A stretch of DNA of 63,325 nucleotides, filler included, from Octopus bimaculoides (taxonomy: Eukaryota): NCBI RefSeq assembly GCF_001194135.2. It is 6 parts of 6 records of this genome, joined end to end, with 100 filler letters (N's around TTAATTAATTAA, not from the genome) between each part and the next. Parts side by side here need not be neighbours in the genome. Positions count along the whole stretch, not along the records: positions 28,507 to 56,855 come from NC_068988.1; 5 more parts are not named here. The stretch is one strand, 5' to 3'. How positions within the stretch are numbered: position 1 is the stretch's first letter; the number at the start of each line of letters is the position of its first letter. Position numbers and translations under genes: made by a program. This document shows positions 36,903-50,416 of this stretch, piece by piece. The notes below the pieces were generated by a model. It searched no databases. It saw only the letters and a list, made by a program, of their open reading frames with translations, and was not told the origin of the DNA.

Positions 36903-37690
36903 GAGACCTCGGCCGAATTCTGGTTTAAGCACCCCATATAACTCCTCATAACTTACCTATTGTTTGGAATTTGCAGAAATTTTTTTTTTGCGAATTACTC
37001 TATACACGGGAATTTACACGATTATAAACTGAAAAAAATACATCAATACGTGTCAGAGAGACAAAGAAATGAAGTATCAGGTGGTAGGGAGATGTGTAAA
37101 TAATAACAGCTAATTGTTGTTGGCACTTCATCGCTTACGACGTCGATGGTTCTAGTTGATCCGATCAACGGAACAGCCTGCTCGTGAAATTAACGTGCAA
37201 ATGGCTGAGCACTCCACAGACACGTGTACCCTTAACGTAGTTCTCGGGGATATTCAGCGTGACACAGTGTGACAAGGCTGACCCTTTGAATTACAGGCAC
37301 AACAGAAACAGGAAGTAAGAGTGAGAGAAAGTTGTGGTGGAAGAGTACAGCAGGGTTCGCCACCATCCCCTGCCGGAGCCTCGTGGAGCTTTAGGTGTTT
37401 TTGCTCAATAAACACTCACAACACTCGGTCTGGGAATCGAAACCGCGATCTTATGACCGCGAGTCCGCTGCCCTAACCACTGGGCCATTGCTCCTCCACA
37501 ATAACAGCTAAATCACCCTTAAATCACAGACACAATTTTTTTTTTGTTTTTGCACAATCTTATGAATTCCCGTGTGTAGAAAACAAATTCGCAAAAAGTT
37601 TCTGAAAATTCCAAAGCATAAAAAAGTTATGCGGGGTTACATGGGGGTGCTTAAACAAGAATTCCGCCGAAACCTCAATTGGCACAGAGT
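36903..37690. mobile_element. Putative foldback/Mutator-like MITE with ~115-bp imperfect TIRs, interrupted by a SINE
   Basis: 36903-37017 is an imperfect reverse complement of 37564-37677; 9-bp direct repeat gaagtacaa at 36894-36902 and 37691-37699. Confidence 0.5.
37114..37499 (-). mobile_element. SINE family B, full length, with 12-bp TSD
   Basis: TSD aataacagctaa at 37102-37113 and 37500-37511. Confidence 0.92.
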
Positions 37691-39149
37691 GAAGTACAAC
37701 ATTTATAATTGGTATTTAGTGTCTTCTAATCCTCTACGTTACAGTTGGCTGTTTTCAGGTTTGTAGCCTAAGTCCGACTCGTAAATAAGTTGGCATAAGA
37801 GGCTGACAAAACATGTGACGTCCCGGATCAGAAAGTAATAACCACAACTTCCCGTTTACTGTTAATCGAGGCCAAAAGGCTCCAGTTGTGACGGGAAACC
37901 GGCTCCGTTGAGGCTTCTTCCCAAAACATCTTAAAATTTAAATATATAATTAAAATCGCACATTGTCACAGAGTCGGTGTTTATCGTAAGTGTGTGACGA
38001 AATGCTTTGACACCGAATAATACACGTTATTATTATTACAAAATAATAATTTTATAAAAGCGAATGTAGCCCTTGTGTGTATATGAGTGTGTTTGTAATG
38101 CTTTCAACGACTCTTATCACGATGTAATTTTTTTAGTCCAAGCATGTGATTTTAGTCCAAGTTGTTTTCTACAAAATATATTNNNNNNNNNNNNNNNNNN
38201 NNNNNNNNNNNNNNNNNNNNNNNNNNNNNNNNNNNNNNNNNNNNNNNNNNNNNNNNNNNNNNNNNNNNNNNNNNNNNNNNNNNNNNNNNNNNNNNNNNNN
38301 NNNNNNNNNNNNNNNNNNNNNNNNNNNNNNNNNNNNNNNNNNNNNNNNNNNNNNNNNNNNNNNNNNNNNNNNNNNNNNNNNNNNNNNNNNNNNNNNNNNN
38401 NNNNNNNNNNNNNNNNNNNNNNNNNNNNNNNNNNNNNNNNNNNNNNNNNNNNNNNNNNNNNNNNNNNNNNNNNNNNNNNNNNNNNNNNNNNNNNNNNNNN
38501 NNNNNNNNNNNNNNNNNNNNNNNNNNNNNNNNNNNNNNNNNNNNNNNNNNNNNNNNNNNNNNNNNNNNNNNNNNNNNNNNNNNNNNNNNNNNNNNNNNNN
38601 NNNNNNNNNNNNNNNNNNNNNNNNNNNNNNNNNNNNNNNNNNNNNNNNNNNNNNNNNNNNNNNNNNNNNNNNNNNNNNNNNNNNNNNNNNNNNNNNNNNN
38701 NNNNNNNNNNNNNNNNNNNNNNNNNNNNNNNNNNNNNNNNNNNNNNNNNNNNNNNNNNNNNNNNNNNNNNNNNNNNNNNNNNNNNNNNNNNNNNNNNNNN
38801 NNNNNNNNNNNNNNNNNNNNNNNNNNNNNNNNNNNNNNNNNNNNNNNNNNNNNNNNNNNNNNNNNNNNNNNNNNNNNNNNNNNNNNNNNNNNNNNNNNNN
38901 NNNNNNNNNNNNNNNNNNNNNNNNNNNNNNNNNNNNNNNNNNNNNNNNNNNNNNNNNNNNNNNNNNNNNNNNNNNNNNNNNNNNNNNNNNNNNNNNNNNN
39001 NNNNNNNNNNNNNNNNNNNNNNNNNNNNNNNNNNNNNNNNNNNNNNNNNNNNNNNNNNNNNNNNNNNNNNNNNNNNNNNNNNNNNNNNNNNNNNNNNNNN
39101 NNNNNNNNNNNNNNNNNNNNNNNNNNNNNNNNNNNNNNNNNNNNNNNNN

Positions 39150-39186
<37 letters not shown>

Positions 39187-39224
39187 CATACATGTGTGTT
39201 ACGCACACGCACATTACATATAGA

Positions 39225-39420
39225 GGCGCAGGCGTGGCTGTGTTGTAAGAAGCTTGCTTCTCAACCACATGGTTCCGAGTTCAGTTCCACTGCGTGGCAA
39301 TGTGGGCAAATGTCTTTGACTATAACCTCAGGCTGACTAAAGCCTTGTGAGTGGATTTGGTAGACGGAACCCGAAAGAAACCCGCCGTGTATACATATAG
39401 CTATGTGTGTCTTTGTGTCT
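39225..39420 (+). mobile_element. SINE family A, 5' half
   Basis: gcgcaggcgtggctgtgttgtaagaagcttgc..aagccttgtgagtggatttggtagacgg. Confidence 0.8.
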
Positions 39421-40692
39421 GTGTTCTCTTGAACTGTTGTAGCCTTTGAATGTTGCCATCCTGCTGGCTAGGCGGGTAGGCCACCATCACAAAACTGCTC
39501 CTGATCGGGGTTGTATGTCCATCGCAGAGATACCCCTCACAGCCTGAGTGGAGTGGTGTTACGTGAAATGAAGTTATTTGCTCAAGATTACAACGTACTG
39601 CCGGTCACGAAACCGAAATTACGATCGTATGATCATGATAGCAACACTGACCACTGACAGGTGTATAAGTGACACCGCACGCCTCCACCGACGCATGCGT
39701 ATAAGTGTTACTAGAGATGTACAAATCACTTTCATATTAAGTACATTTCTCTAACACAAAATACTGTTCTCCACCTCCCTTGTGAATTCGAAGTCTGGTA
39801 TCTATACGAAAAGCCAATTTTACAACATTAATTGTATGTACAACACAATTAATATATGAACTAACCACAATTACTTAATTCTGTGTATATAAACTATATA
39901 GATCTGATTGTAAACTGATCAGATTTCGGTTTAAGGTCAGAAGCCATCAAACGACTCTTGAAATTACTACACTGTGGAGCTAAATGTGTTTTCTTTTACA
40001 AAAGTAATTATTTTGTTCTAGAGTATTGTGTTACATAATTATATATATAATTAAATGTACGCTGTCTGTCAGTCACTTTGTATGTCAATCAGAAAGTTAG
40101 TGTACATAAAGAGAGGAATCTACGCCGATTTTATCTCTTAAGATTTCTTTTATGTGTCATCACTATTTATGTATGTGTTTTTAAGATATTTGTTAGTGGG
40201 GTTTTTTTTCTTCTTCTTCGGTTGGAGGAAGCTGTGAATGAAGAACTGCCGCTAGCTAACTTGCCTGTGTCTCTGATGACCTTAAAAGTACAATGCATTG
40301 GGTTTATTACTCGCTTGTTAGTGAGGTAGAATAAACAGGCGAACAGACAAATAGAGAAACACGCGCGCGCACATACGCAAGCACACACACACACATACAC
40401 ACATACACACACGCAATGCGTACTTACAAATGGATAGGTAGAAAGACAGATGTGTAGATACGCAGGTACATAGTGGAAGATAGGTAAAGAGTAAGAACGG
40501 TGATGATACATAGATGAAGCAGACCGGCGTATAAAGATTTAAGGACAAGCATACTGATACATATGTTATTTGGTAGGCAGACAACTAGGCAGAGACAATG
40601 ATGCATGTGTAAGGCAAGTAGAGAGAGTTTAAGGTTAATTAAAGAAAGGTAGACACAAAAGCAGACAGGGAGATAGGCAGTAAGATAAATTC

Positions 40693-40742
<50 letters not shown>

Positions 40743-40979
40743 ATATGTGTGTGTGTGTTAGTTTACATGTTTTTATACGCAAATGACTGTTGCTGCAGAA
40801 CAATTGCCAATCAGCTGATTCATGGCATTGTGTTCTATCTTTCTAAGATGCACTCTGTTTCACTGTCAATGGGAGCTCAGTGGTCTGTTCGCATTCACAG
40901 CCAATCCATCATCGATATACAGGCGTCTCATCCAGGACAGATAAGCAATACATCGGTTTAAGATGTATACAAACACATA

Positions 40980-41198
40980 CGAGGGGGTGCTGAAAAATTC
41001 TTGGCTTTGAGTAAAAGAAAATACAGAAATATAAGTTAATTATGATTATATCCAACATATTCCTCTCTCAGATACACACACTCATGGCAGCGGTCCTTCA
41101 GTTTTTCTAAGCCCTGTAAAAGAACTCAGAAGGTTGAGCCTCTGACCAGGCCTTTCGCGACACCCGTAAAGCCAGGAACTTTTCAGTACCCCCTCATG
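40980..41198. mobile_element. Mariner-type MITE (219 bp) with ~29-bp TIRs and TA TSD
   Basis: TA|cgagggggtgctgaaaaattcttggcttt ... aaagccaggaacttttcagtaccccctcatg|TA. Confidence 0.8.
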
Positions 41199-41239
41199 TA
41201 TACGTGCGCGCACGCGCACACACAAATAAGTGCAAACAG

Positions 41240-41640
41240 GGCTACGTGGTTTGAAGCTTGCTCTGTAGCCCTATTGCATGAGTTCAGTCCCACTGCATGA
41301 CACCTTGCATAAGCGTCTTCTACAATAGCTCCGCCGGGCCTCTGGGCCAGTTAATGCTTTGTTAGTAAATTTGGCAGATGAAAACTCCATGGAAGCATGT
41401 CTGTCTTGTGCTTGTCTCTCCCCCCCCCCCAATAACCGCTAGATAACTGGTATTGCTTTCTTTACATCCCCGTAGCTTCGCAGTTTGGCAAAAGATACGG
41501 GTAGAATAAATACCGGTCTTAGAAAAAAAAAAAACCAAAAAAAAAAAAAAAACCAAATTAGTGACGATTTGTTCGACTAAACTCTTGAAGGTGGTGCACC
41601 AGCATGGCTGCAACCCAGTTTCTGATACAAGCAACAAAAG
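41240..41640 (+). mobile_element. SINE family A, degenerate full-length copy
   Basis: gagttcagtcccactgcatgacaccttg..; 3' half ..cccgtagcttcgcagtttggcaaaag..ggtggtgcaccagcatggctgca. Confidence 0.65.
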
Positions 41641-41884
41641 TCAAAGCATATGTATGTATGCATGTGTATTTTCAGTGCATTAAACTAATTGGATGACCAA
41701 ACAATAATCAGATGACGATCAAAATCTAAAATACAACGAAACTGGTAAAGGTCTATATTACAACAATGGGAAGAGTAAATAAGAGCGTTTAATCCTTTGG
41801 TATTTCTATTATTCTGTCAAAAGTAGTCATTCATATGTTTTGAATTATCTTGGATTATATTGTGGTTTTGAGATTTTGATAAAG

Positions 41885-42267
41885 CATATGGTTCCGGGTT
41901 CAGTCTCACTGCATGGCACCTTCAACTATATCCTCGAGCCGACTAAAGCCTTGTGAGGAGATTTGATTGACGGAAACTGAAAGAAGTTCGTTGTGTATAT
42001 ATATATATACATACATATACTCTTACACTTTTTACTCTTTTGCTTGTTTCAGTCATTTGACTGCTGCCATGCTGGAGCACCGCCTTTAGTCGAACAAATC
42101 GACCCAGGACTTATTCTTTCTAAGCCTAGTACTTATTGTATCGATCTCTTTTTGCCGATCCGCTAAGTTACGGGGACGTAAACACACCAGCATCGGTTGT
42201 CAAGCGATGTTGGAGGGACAAACACAGACACACAAACACACACACACACACACACGCACACACACAT

Positions 42268-42317
<50 letters not shown>

Positions 42318-43000
42318 TTTATATATACATATATACGACGGGCTTATATATATATATATTCTTTTACTTGTCTCAGTCATTTGACTGCTGCCATGCTAGA
42401 GCACCGCCTTTAGTCGTGCAAGTCGACCCCAGGACTTATTCTTTGTAAGCCTAGTATTTCTTCTATCGGTCTCTTTTGCCGAACCGCAAAGTTACGGTGA
42501 CTTAAATACACCAGCATCGGTTGTCAAGCGACGTTAGGTGTACAAACATATGCACAAACATATATATATACGACGGGCTTCCTTCAGTTTCCGCCCACCA
42601 AATCCACTCACAAGACTTTGGTCGGCCCGAGGTTATAGTAGAAGACATTTTCCCAAGGTACCACACAGTGGGACTGAAACCTGAACGATGTGGTTGGTAA
42701 ACCAGCTACATACCACACAGCCACTCCTGCGCCTATAGTCACTCCTATAAATATATGTACATATGTTTGTGTGTGTGTGTGTGTGTGTATCTATGTATGC
42801 GTCTATGTTTGTCCCACCGCCATCGCTTGACAACTAATGCTGGTGTGTCTATATGCCCGTAACTTGGCGGTTCGGCAAAAGCGACTGACAAAATAAGTAC
42901 TAGGCTTACAAAGAATAAGTCCTGGTGTCGATTTCTTCGACTAAAACCTTTACGGCGGTGCTCCAGCATGGCCGCAGTCAAATGAGTGAAACAAATATAA
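41885..43000. mobile_element. Nest of SINE-A copies: a + strand copy split by two - strand copies
   Basis: +5' half 41885-42000; -3' half 42025-42230; - full copy 42360-42735; +3' half 42790-43000. Confidence 0.8.
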
Positions 43001-43002
43001 GC

Positions 43003-43055
<53 letters not shown>

Positions 43056-45077
43056 GTGATGGGCTGCCACACATTTTCCGTCGCTTATACGCGATGGAAA
43101 CCACGTAAGCGGACCAGTGAATCTAAGAAATCGTGACAAAAAATTGCTGATATTTTGATATAAAGGAAGAATCACAAATATTGCAATATTTACACTCTGA
43201 TTTCAAATCTCTGTCAAGGCGTGAACTTAACTTTTATTCCATCACTCCCAACAAATCGGCACCAGTTTGCTAAAAGTTTGGCTTAGTGATTTAACAAAAC
43301 ACGTCTTTATCACTGTCAAAATAGCCGAATAAAACGAGATAGTGATCTGGTCAAGATGTTAAGACATCGGACAAAAATACCCCCTGAGTATTTTGTCCGT
43401 CGTTATGTCCCGAGTTCAAATTCCTCCGAGTTTGACTTTACTTTTTATTCTTCCGCGGTCGTTAAAATATAGTACCAGTTGAGCACTGAGGTCGGCGAGG
43501 GTGGGTCTTACCGATAGCCCTTCCCTCCACCCAAAATTTCAGGCCCTGTCTCTACAGTAAAAAGATTATAGTCGAATAAAATGTCATACAGTATTAGATT
43601 ACGTTCTGAGGTCAAGTCCCACCGAGGTAAAGCATGCCTTTCCTGCTTTTGAGGTGGTGGCGGTGGGTGTTAATCAAATGAGTGTCCAACATATATGAAG
43701 ACGAGTTCATCAAACCCCACCTCCTCTGAAATACCTGTCCTTGTGTCTATGTCAGAAACCATTATCATACATGCGAAGTCGTCGACAGCGAAATAAAAAT
43801 AAATAATGGTGAAAAAAAAATTAATAAATAAAGAAAAGAAACAAAACTTACAAAACACAAACAAAAAATGGAAAATAAAATAAAATAAAATAAAATAAAA
43901 AATAAAATAAAATAAATGGCCGTGACATGTGGTGTCCGGTTTACGTACCGTATGCTGCGGAGTAAAATGCAGCAGTCAAAAAAAGCGTAAAGATCAACAC
44001 GGCTAAGTCCCTCATGGTACACTAAGTCCTCATCCACAAGTGACAACTATTGTAATGAAATTTATAATAGAAATAACAGTAGTGGTGCCAAGAATCGTAA
44101 GATTCTTTCTCTCCTAAAATATATTTGTTACTTATTATCTTTTTTATGTTTTTGTTTCACTGATGGGTACTGCTTGTTGATTTGTTCCTATTATAGTTAT
44201 GACAGAGCGATCGTGGCTATGTTTTACATAGAATATTCTGTGTATGTGTTTGGGTGAATGTGGTTTTCTGTTTATCTTATATAAAGAAATACATGTGTTT
44301 TATATAGATATGTATCGTATATACTTATGTACGCGTGTATGTGTATGTATATAAATATAAATATATATGTAATATCTCAATTACATCTATGTGTATAGGA
44401 GTAATGTGAGAGCATGTGTATAAAATATATATCACTGTTTGTATGTGTGTGAATGTACGCCTATGTATTTAAAAATTAATAATTTAATTTGTGCTTTGGA
44501 AATATGAATTGTATTATAATTTTCGATGTTTCACTTACAAAAAAAAGAAAAAGCACAATATTTATGTGGAATGGAATTTGGAAACAGTAAAAGAACACTT
44601 GGAATAAATGTTCTATAGGTAAGAAGCACTCGAACACTATGTAGATAAATTCATCCGGTAAGGTTTTTACGGAATATCCACCAGGAAGCGGTGAGGTGAG
44701 ACCGGTCGCAAATTTCACTAGACTGAATGAAGAATGCGTTGGATCTTAGTTTAATATACAAAATATATACATAGGTATATAATTTATCACAATATGTATA
44801 AGTATATTTATATATAAATATATTTATACATACACATAGGGAGAGAGAGAGAGATTTAGTTATCAGTCTAAATGTATATTTTAAGTAGCAGTTCGCGTGA
44901 AAAGGATTTGTTTTTGCCGGTGAGTGCGAATCGTATGTGCATCTATGTATATATATGTCAATAATAGTGTGTGAGTAGGCCCGTCCTTGTATATGGTTCT
45001 ATGTTAGAAACGGGTACTCGAGTAGGTTGGGTATAATTTTACCTCTATATATCTATGCAGAAATACATGTATGTATG

Positions 45078-45108
<31 letters not shown>

Positions 45109-45506
45109 AATCCGACTAACAAGCTTAACTTTCTAAACAGGTTCTGGGTTCCTTCCCTGCTAGTATATAATATGTATATAGGCTGCTTTCGAAGAACTAC
45201 GCGAAACTTTTTGATTCTTTCACTCTCTTCACTTTTATTTCTTGCTTTCTGTTTTTTTATATTTTTACTACTATTATTTTTAGCACCGGCTAAAATGTAC
45301 TCTCACCACCACCACTACCACTACCAACCTTCCTTAACAGCAGCAGTACCACCATTACCAACACCAACACTAACACCACCACCACCACCACCACCACTTT
45401 TTCAACTGCTGAATAGTTTTATTTGTTTGTTGTTGTTGCTTATTTGTCTTGTTTACACACGTACATACACACATTATACCCTCTCTCCTCTCTCACACAT
45501 GTATGT

Positions 45507-45557
<51 letters not shown>

Positions 45558-45722
45558 TGGGTGCGTTCTTTATTTTGGTTTTCATCCGTTTGTCAGTCAC
45601 CGTAGAGCAAGTAGTTTGAGGATGGAAGCGAGAAAGACGGGGATAGAAAAAGAGAGCGGCAGATAGTAAATAGAGACAGTCTTAGATAAGTAGAGAGACA
45701 GATAGATAGAAAGAAATAATGT

Positions 45723-45790
<68 letters not shown>

Positions 45791-46845
45791 AAGTCAAAGA
45801 AATAGTTTAAAGTTGTGAAACTTGGAACGGGCATAAAGTTTTGAAAACTACGAGTGAAAAGAAGCGATATGTATATATATATATATATATAANNNNNNNN
45901 NNNNNNNNNNNNNNNNNNNNNNNNNNNNNNNNNNNNNNNNNNNNNNNNNNNNNNNNNNNNNNNNNNNNNNNNNNNNNNNNNNNNNNNNNNNNNNNNNNNN
46001 NNNNNNNNNNNNNNNNNNNNNNNNNNNNNNNNNNNNNNNNNNNNNNNNNNNNNNNNNNNNNNNNNNNNNNNNNNNNNNNNNNNNNNNNNNNNNNNNNNNN
46101 NNNNNNNNNNNNNNNNNNNNNNNNNNNNNNNNNNNNNNNNNNNNNNNNNNNNNNNNNNNNNNNNNNNNNNNNNNNNNNNNNNNNNNNNNNNNNNNNNNNN
46201 NNNNNNNNNNNNNNNNNNNNNNNNNNNNNNNTATATATATATATATATTATATATATATATAATATACAACGAGAGAAAGAGAGAGAAAGGAAGAGAGTG
46301 AATCGAGCATTGTGTTGAGGAGTTAGCGACGAGAAAGAGGGAGGGGGAGGCAACTGAAGGGGAAGGGATGCATGGAAAGGACGCAGGAAGAGGGGGAAGG
46401 AGGAAGGGGAGGAGAATAAGAGTAAGAAGAATAGGAAGAGGCTAAGAAAATGTCAATGGGATGTGAGATGATGAAATGAGCAGGGGTGCAGTGTAAAGTT
46501 TTACCACTACGTGCGTGTGTGTAAATACGTGTGAGTGCGTGTGTGTTTGTGTGTGTGTGTGAGAGTGAGTGCTTCTCTGATGATATTCTGTCTGTAGTCA
46601 AAGGCTAGTTACTAACGGAAGAAGCTGGATAGAAGTGGAAAAATAAATACATAGATAGACAGAGAGAGGGACAGAGAGAGAGGCGGGATGGTTGAGATGT
46701 ACTTACAAACAGAGGAGACGAATGAGTGATAGCGGGAGGTGAAAAAATAAGGTTTAGATAGAGAGAGGCAACATGCTTGGAGAGATGTTATAGAGGGAAC
46801 TGAAAGAAAGTTGAAAGTTTATGTATGGGAGAGAGGAAAGAGCAC

Positions 46846-46888
<43 letters not shown>

Positions 46889-47337
46889 GGAGAGAGGGAG
46901 GGAGAGAGGGAGAAATAGTTATAGAGAGAAGACAGAGTTACGAGGATAAGCATGCAGAAAACGAAGATTAAGAGATGAGTATTAGAGAGAAAGACAGAGA
47001 GATAAATAGAGGGAAGAAGATAGAGTATCTAAGAGAGAGAGAGAGAGAGAGAGCGAAAGAGCAAAAGTTTCAGAAAGCTCACTGCGAAAATGAAATAGAG
47101 AGAAAAAGAGGACAGAGTGAGAGGGCGTGTGTCAGAGACAAAGAGAGAGAAAGAGTTCGTGGGGGGAGGAGAATCATGAAAAGAGAGAGAGAGAGAGAGA
47201 GAGAGGAAGAAAGAGAGGGATAGATAGACTAACTGGCGAAGAGATAGATAGAGCAGTAGACTACGAAATTAATAGATAGGCAATGAAATAGACAGACAGA
47301 CGACAGAAAGCAGACAGATAGACAGAAAGCCCGATAG

Positions 47338-47370
<33 letters not shown>

Positions 47371-47901
47371 AAGAGTGGGTTGGAGATGAGTAAGATCAGC
47401 AAGAGAGAAAAAAAGAGTGAGAGAGAAAAGAAGGGGAAGAACATAAAGCTAGTAAAAAAAAAAAAAAAAAACATGCTAGAGAGAAACATGTGTCGTGTTC
47501 GCATTGACATTTCTGTTTATCAATTTTTACAGTTTCCCCTCTCTCTCTGGCATTATCTTTTNNNNNNNNNNNNNNNNNNNNNNNNNNNNNNNNNNNNNNN
47601 NNNNNNNNNNNNNNNNNNNNNNNNNNNNNNNNNNNNNNNNNNNNNNNNNNNNNNNNNNNNNNNNNNNNNNNNNNNNNNNNNNNNNNNNNNNNNNNNNNNN
47701 NNNNNNNNNNNNNNNNNNNNNNNNNNNNNNNNNNNNNNNNNNNNNNNNNNNNNNNNNNNNNNNNNNNNNNNNNNNNNNNNNNNNNNNNNNNNNNNNNNNN
47801 NNNNNNNNNNNNNNNNNNNNNNNNNNNNNNNNNNNNNNNNNNNNNNNNNNNNNNNNNNNNNNNNNNNNNNNNNNNNNNNNNNNNNNNNNNNNNNNNNNNN
47901 N

Positions 47902-47938
<37 letters not shown>

Positions 47939-48236
47939 GCACACACACACACACACATATGAAATGCACGAAGAACGGATTAGAAAAACATCCAACAACT
48001 GATGAAGGGTCGTTCTTTATGTTGCGTGTCTTGTTTTCCATTTGTTTCCATCGTTGTTCGCAAAAAAAAATTCATATCCCATGTATTCGAATTTCGCATT
48101 CCATATTTTCGTATTTTTTGTTGTTTACATTCTGTGACGTTCTGTACCCGCAAAAGCATATGTATATACGTATATATGTAAGTATGTGCATATACATATG
48201 TATATATGCATATATATATATATACATATGTATATA

Positions 48237-48278
<42 letters not shown>

Positions 48279-48834
48279 NNNNNNNNNNNNNNNNNNNNNN
48301 NNNNNNNNNNNNNNNNNNNNNNNNNNNNNNNNNNNNNNNNNNNNNNNNNNNNNNNNNNNNNNNNNNNNNNNNNNNNNNNNNNNNNNNNNNNNNNNNNNNN
48401 NNNNNNNNNNNNNNNNNNNNNNNNNNNNNNNNNNNNNNNNNNNNNNNNNNNNNNNNNNNNNNNNNNNNNNNNNNNNNNNNNNNNNNNNNNNNNNNNNNNN
48501 NNNNNNNNNNNNNNNNNNNNNNNNNNNNNNNNNNNNNNNNNNNNNNNNNNNNNNNNNNNNNNNNNNNNNNNNNNNNNNNNNNNNNNNNNNTATAATTGCA
48601 TACTTTATTCCTACATATGTTTCAAAGGATTACAACCTGTGTGATCCATAGGGATCTTTGATATTAAAATTGTAACCTTCTCATCAGGGAAAGCATGGGA
48701 ATCATCTTAAACGGAAGACATTATGACCGATTATGAAAACAATAGATGGATAAGGTTATGACTTGATTCATTTGAAAAAACCGTTAGAGAATTGGACGCT
48801 GCCGGATAGTGGGTTGGACAACACATGCCAATCA

Positions 48835-48869
<35 letters not shown>

Positions 48870-48874
<5 letters not shown>

Positions 48875-49030
48875 GACTGACTTCTTTCAGTTTTTGTCCA
48901 CCAAACTTACTCACAAGGCTTTGGTCGGCTCGAGGCTATAGGAGAAGGCATTTGCCCATGGTGCCACGCAGTCTGACTGAACCCGGAACGATGTGGTTGA
49001 GAAGCAAGTTACTAACCACAAAGCCAGTAC
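48870..49030 (-). mobile_element. SINE family A, 5' half
   Basis: cgactgacttctttcagttt..actcacaaggctttggtcggctcgaggctatagg..gaacccggaacgatgtggttgagaagcaag. Confidence 0.8.
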
Positions 49031-49120
49031 TGCGCCAATATATTATAACTGTCCGACGAACGAGAATGGGAATCTCTGAGTAACAGTTTTCTAATAATTT
49101 TGCAGCTTTAATAAAAGGTA

Positions 49121-49201
<81 letters not shown>

Positions 49202-50135
49202 CTCGTACAGTGTCCCACCATTTCCGAGCTGTGGGCTTACGTCGAACAACTGCTATCGCGTGTGGGACGAGTCGGTCTATCAGCCGAGTATATCGTGAAT
49301 ATTGTCGCGCCTCCTTCCTTTAAACGGGAAGGAAGAGCTATTTTCATCGTACTTGTGGCTATGGCGAAAGAATGTGTATGGTGGACGCGTCTGAAAGGTC
49401 TAGAGACAAAGACTTNNNNNNNNNNNNNNNNNNNNNNNNNNNNNNNNNNNNNNNNNNNNNNNNNNNNNNNNNNNNNNNNNNNNNNNNNNNNNNNNNNNNN
49501 NNNNNNNNNNNNNNNNNNNNNNNNNNNNNNNNNNNNNNNNNNNNNNNNNNNNNNNNNNNNNNNNNNNNNNNNNNNNNNNNNNNNNNNNNNNNNNNNNNNN
49601 NNNNNNNNNNNNNNNNNNNNNNNNNNNNNNNNNNNNNNNNNNNNNNNNNNNNNNNNNNNNNNNNNNNNNNNNNNNNNNNNNNNNNNNNNNNNNNNNNNNN
49701 NNNNNNNNNNNNNNNNNNNNNNNNNNNNNNNNNNNNNNNNNNNNNNNNNNNNNNNNNNNNNNNNNNNNNNNNNNNNNNNNNNNNNNNNNNNNNNNNNNNN
49801 NNNNNNNNNNNNNNNNNNNNNNNNNNNNNNNNNNNNNNNNNNNNNNNNNNNNNNNNNNNNNNNNNNNNNNNNNNNNNNNNNNNNNNNNNNNNNNNNNNNN
49901 NNNNNNNNNNNNNNNNNNNNNNNNNNNNNNNNNNNNNNNNNNNNNNNNNNNNNNNNNNNNNNNNNNNNNNNNNNNNNNNNNNNNNNNNNNNNNNNNNNNN
50001 NNNNNNNNNNNNNNNNNNNNNNNNNNNNNNNNNNNNNNNNNNNNNNNNNNNNNNNNNNTCCCCCTCCCAAAAAGAAAAGCTCTACATTGTATTTGTCCCA
50101 TCTTCGTTGAGCCCTGTGTGGCTAATAAAAGAAAT
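49202..50135 (+). mobile_element. 5'-truncated L1/Tx1-clade LINE 3' end within (TATC)n; middle hidden by a gap
   Basis: Stop-free frame 49202-49415: LVQCPTISELWAYVEQLLSRVGRVGLSAEYIVNIV...AIFIVLVAMAKECVWWTRLKGL, resembling the L1/Tx1 ORF2 tail after the zinc knuckle (C-P..LW ... L.A.AK..vW..R). The segment after the gap ends in aataaaagaaatg|(tatc)n. Confidence 0.6.
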
Positions 50136-50162
50136 GTATCTATCTATCTATCTATCTATCTA

Positions 50163-50195
<33 letters not shown>

Positions 50196-50358
50196 TTTTT
50201 ACTGGTTTCAGCCAAAGGCTAGGAGGTCCTGCTGAACGAATATATTTATATATATATCTACCTGTGTGCGTGCGTGCGTGCGAGGTAAGTGCGTGCGAGA
50301 TGAGTGAGTGCGTGTGTATATGTGAGTTTAGAGAAGAAGGCGAGTCAGGGTGGCTTCT

Positions 50359-50416
<58 letters not shown>

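Noticed and set aside
43670-44740. Short coding-looking stretches (43670-43790, 43920-44046, 44600-44740)
   Set aside because: No recognisable domain, and no consistent splice sites or frame.
2025-50235. Long ORFs in the track dominated by X or by homopolymer/dipeptide runs (e.g. 2025-2816, 7811-9111, 38073-39336, 45682-48651, 49237-50235)
   Set aside because: They are open only because they cross N gaps or microsatellites. Only the 49202-49415 segment has real coding signal.
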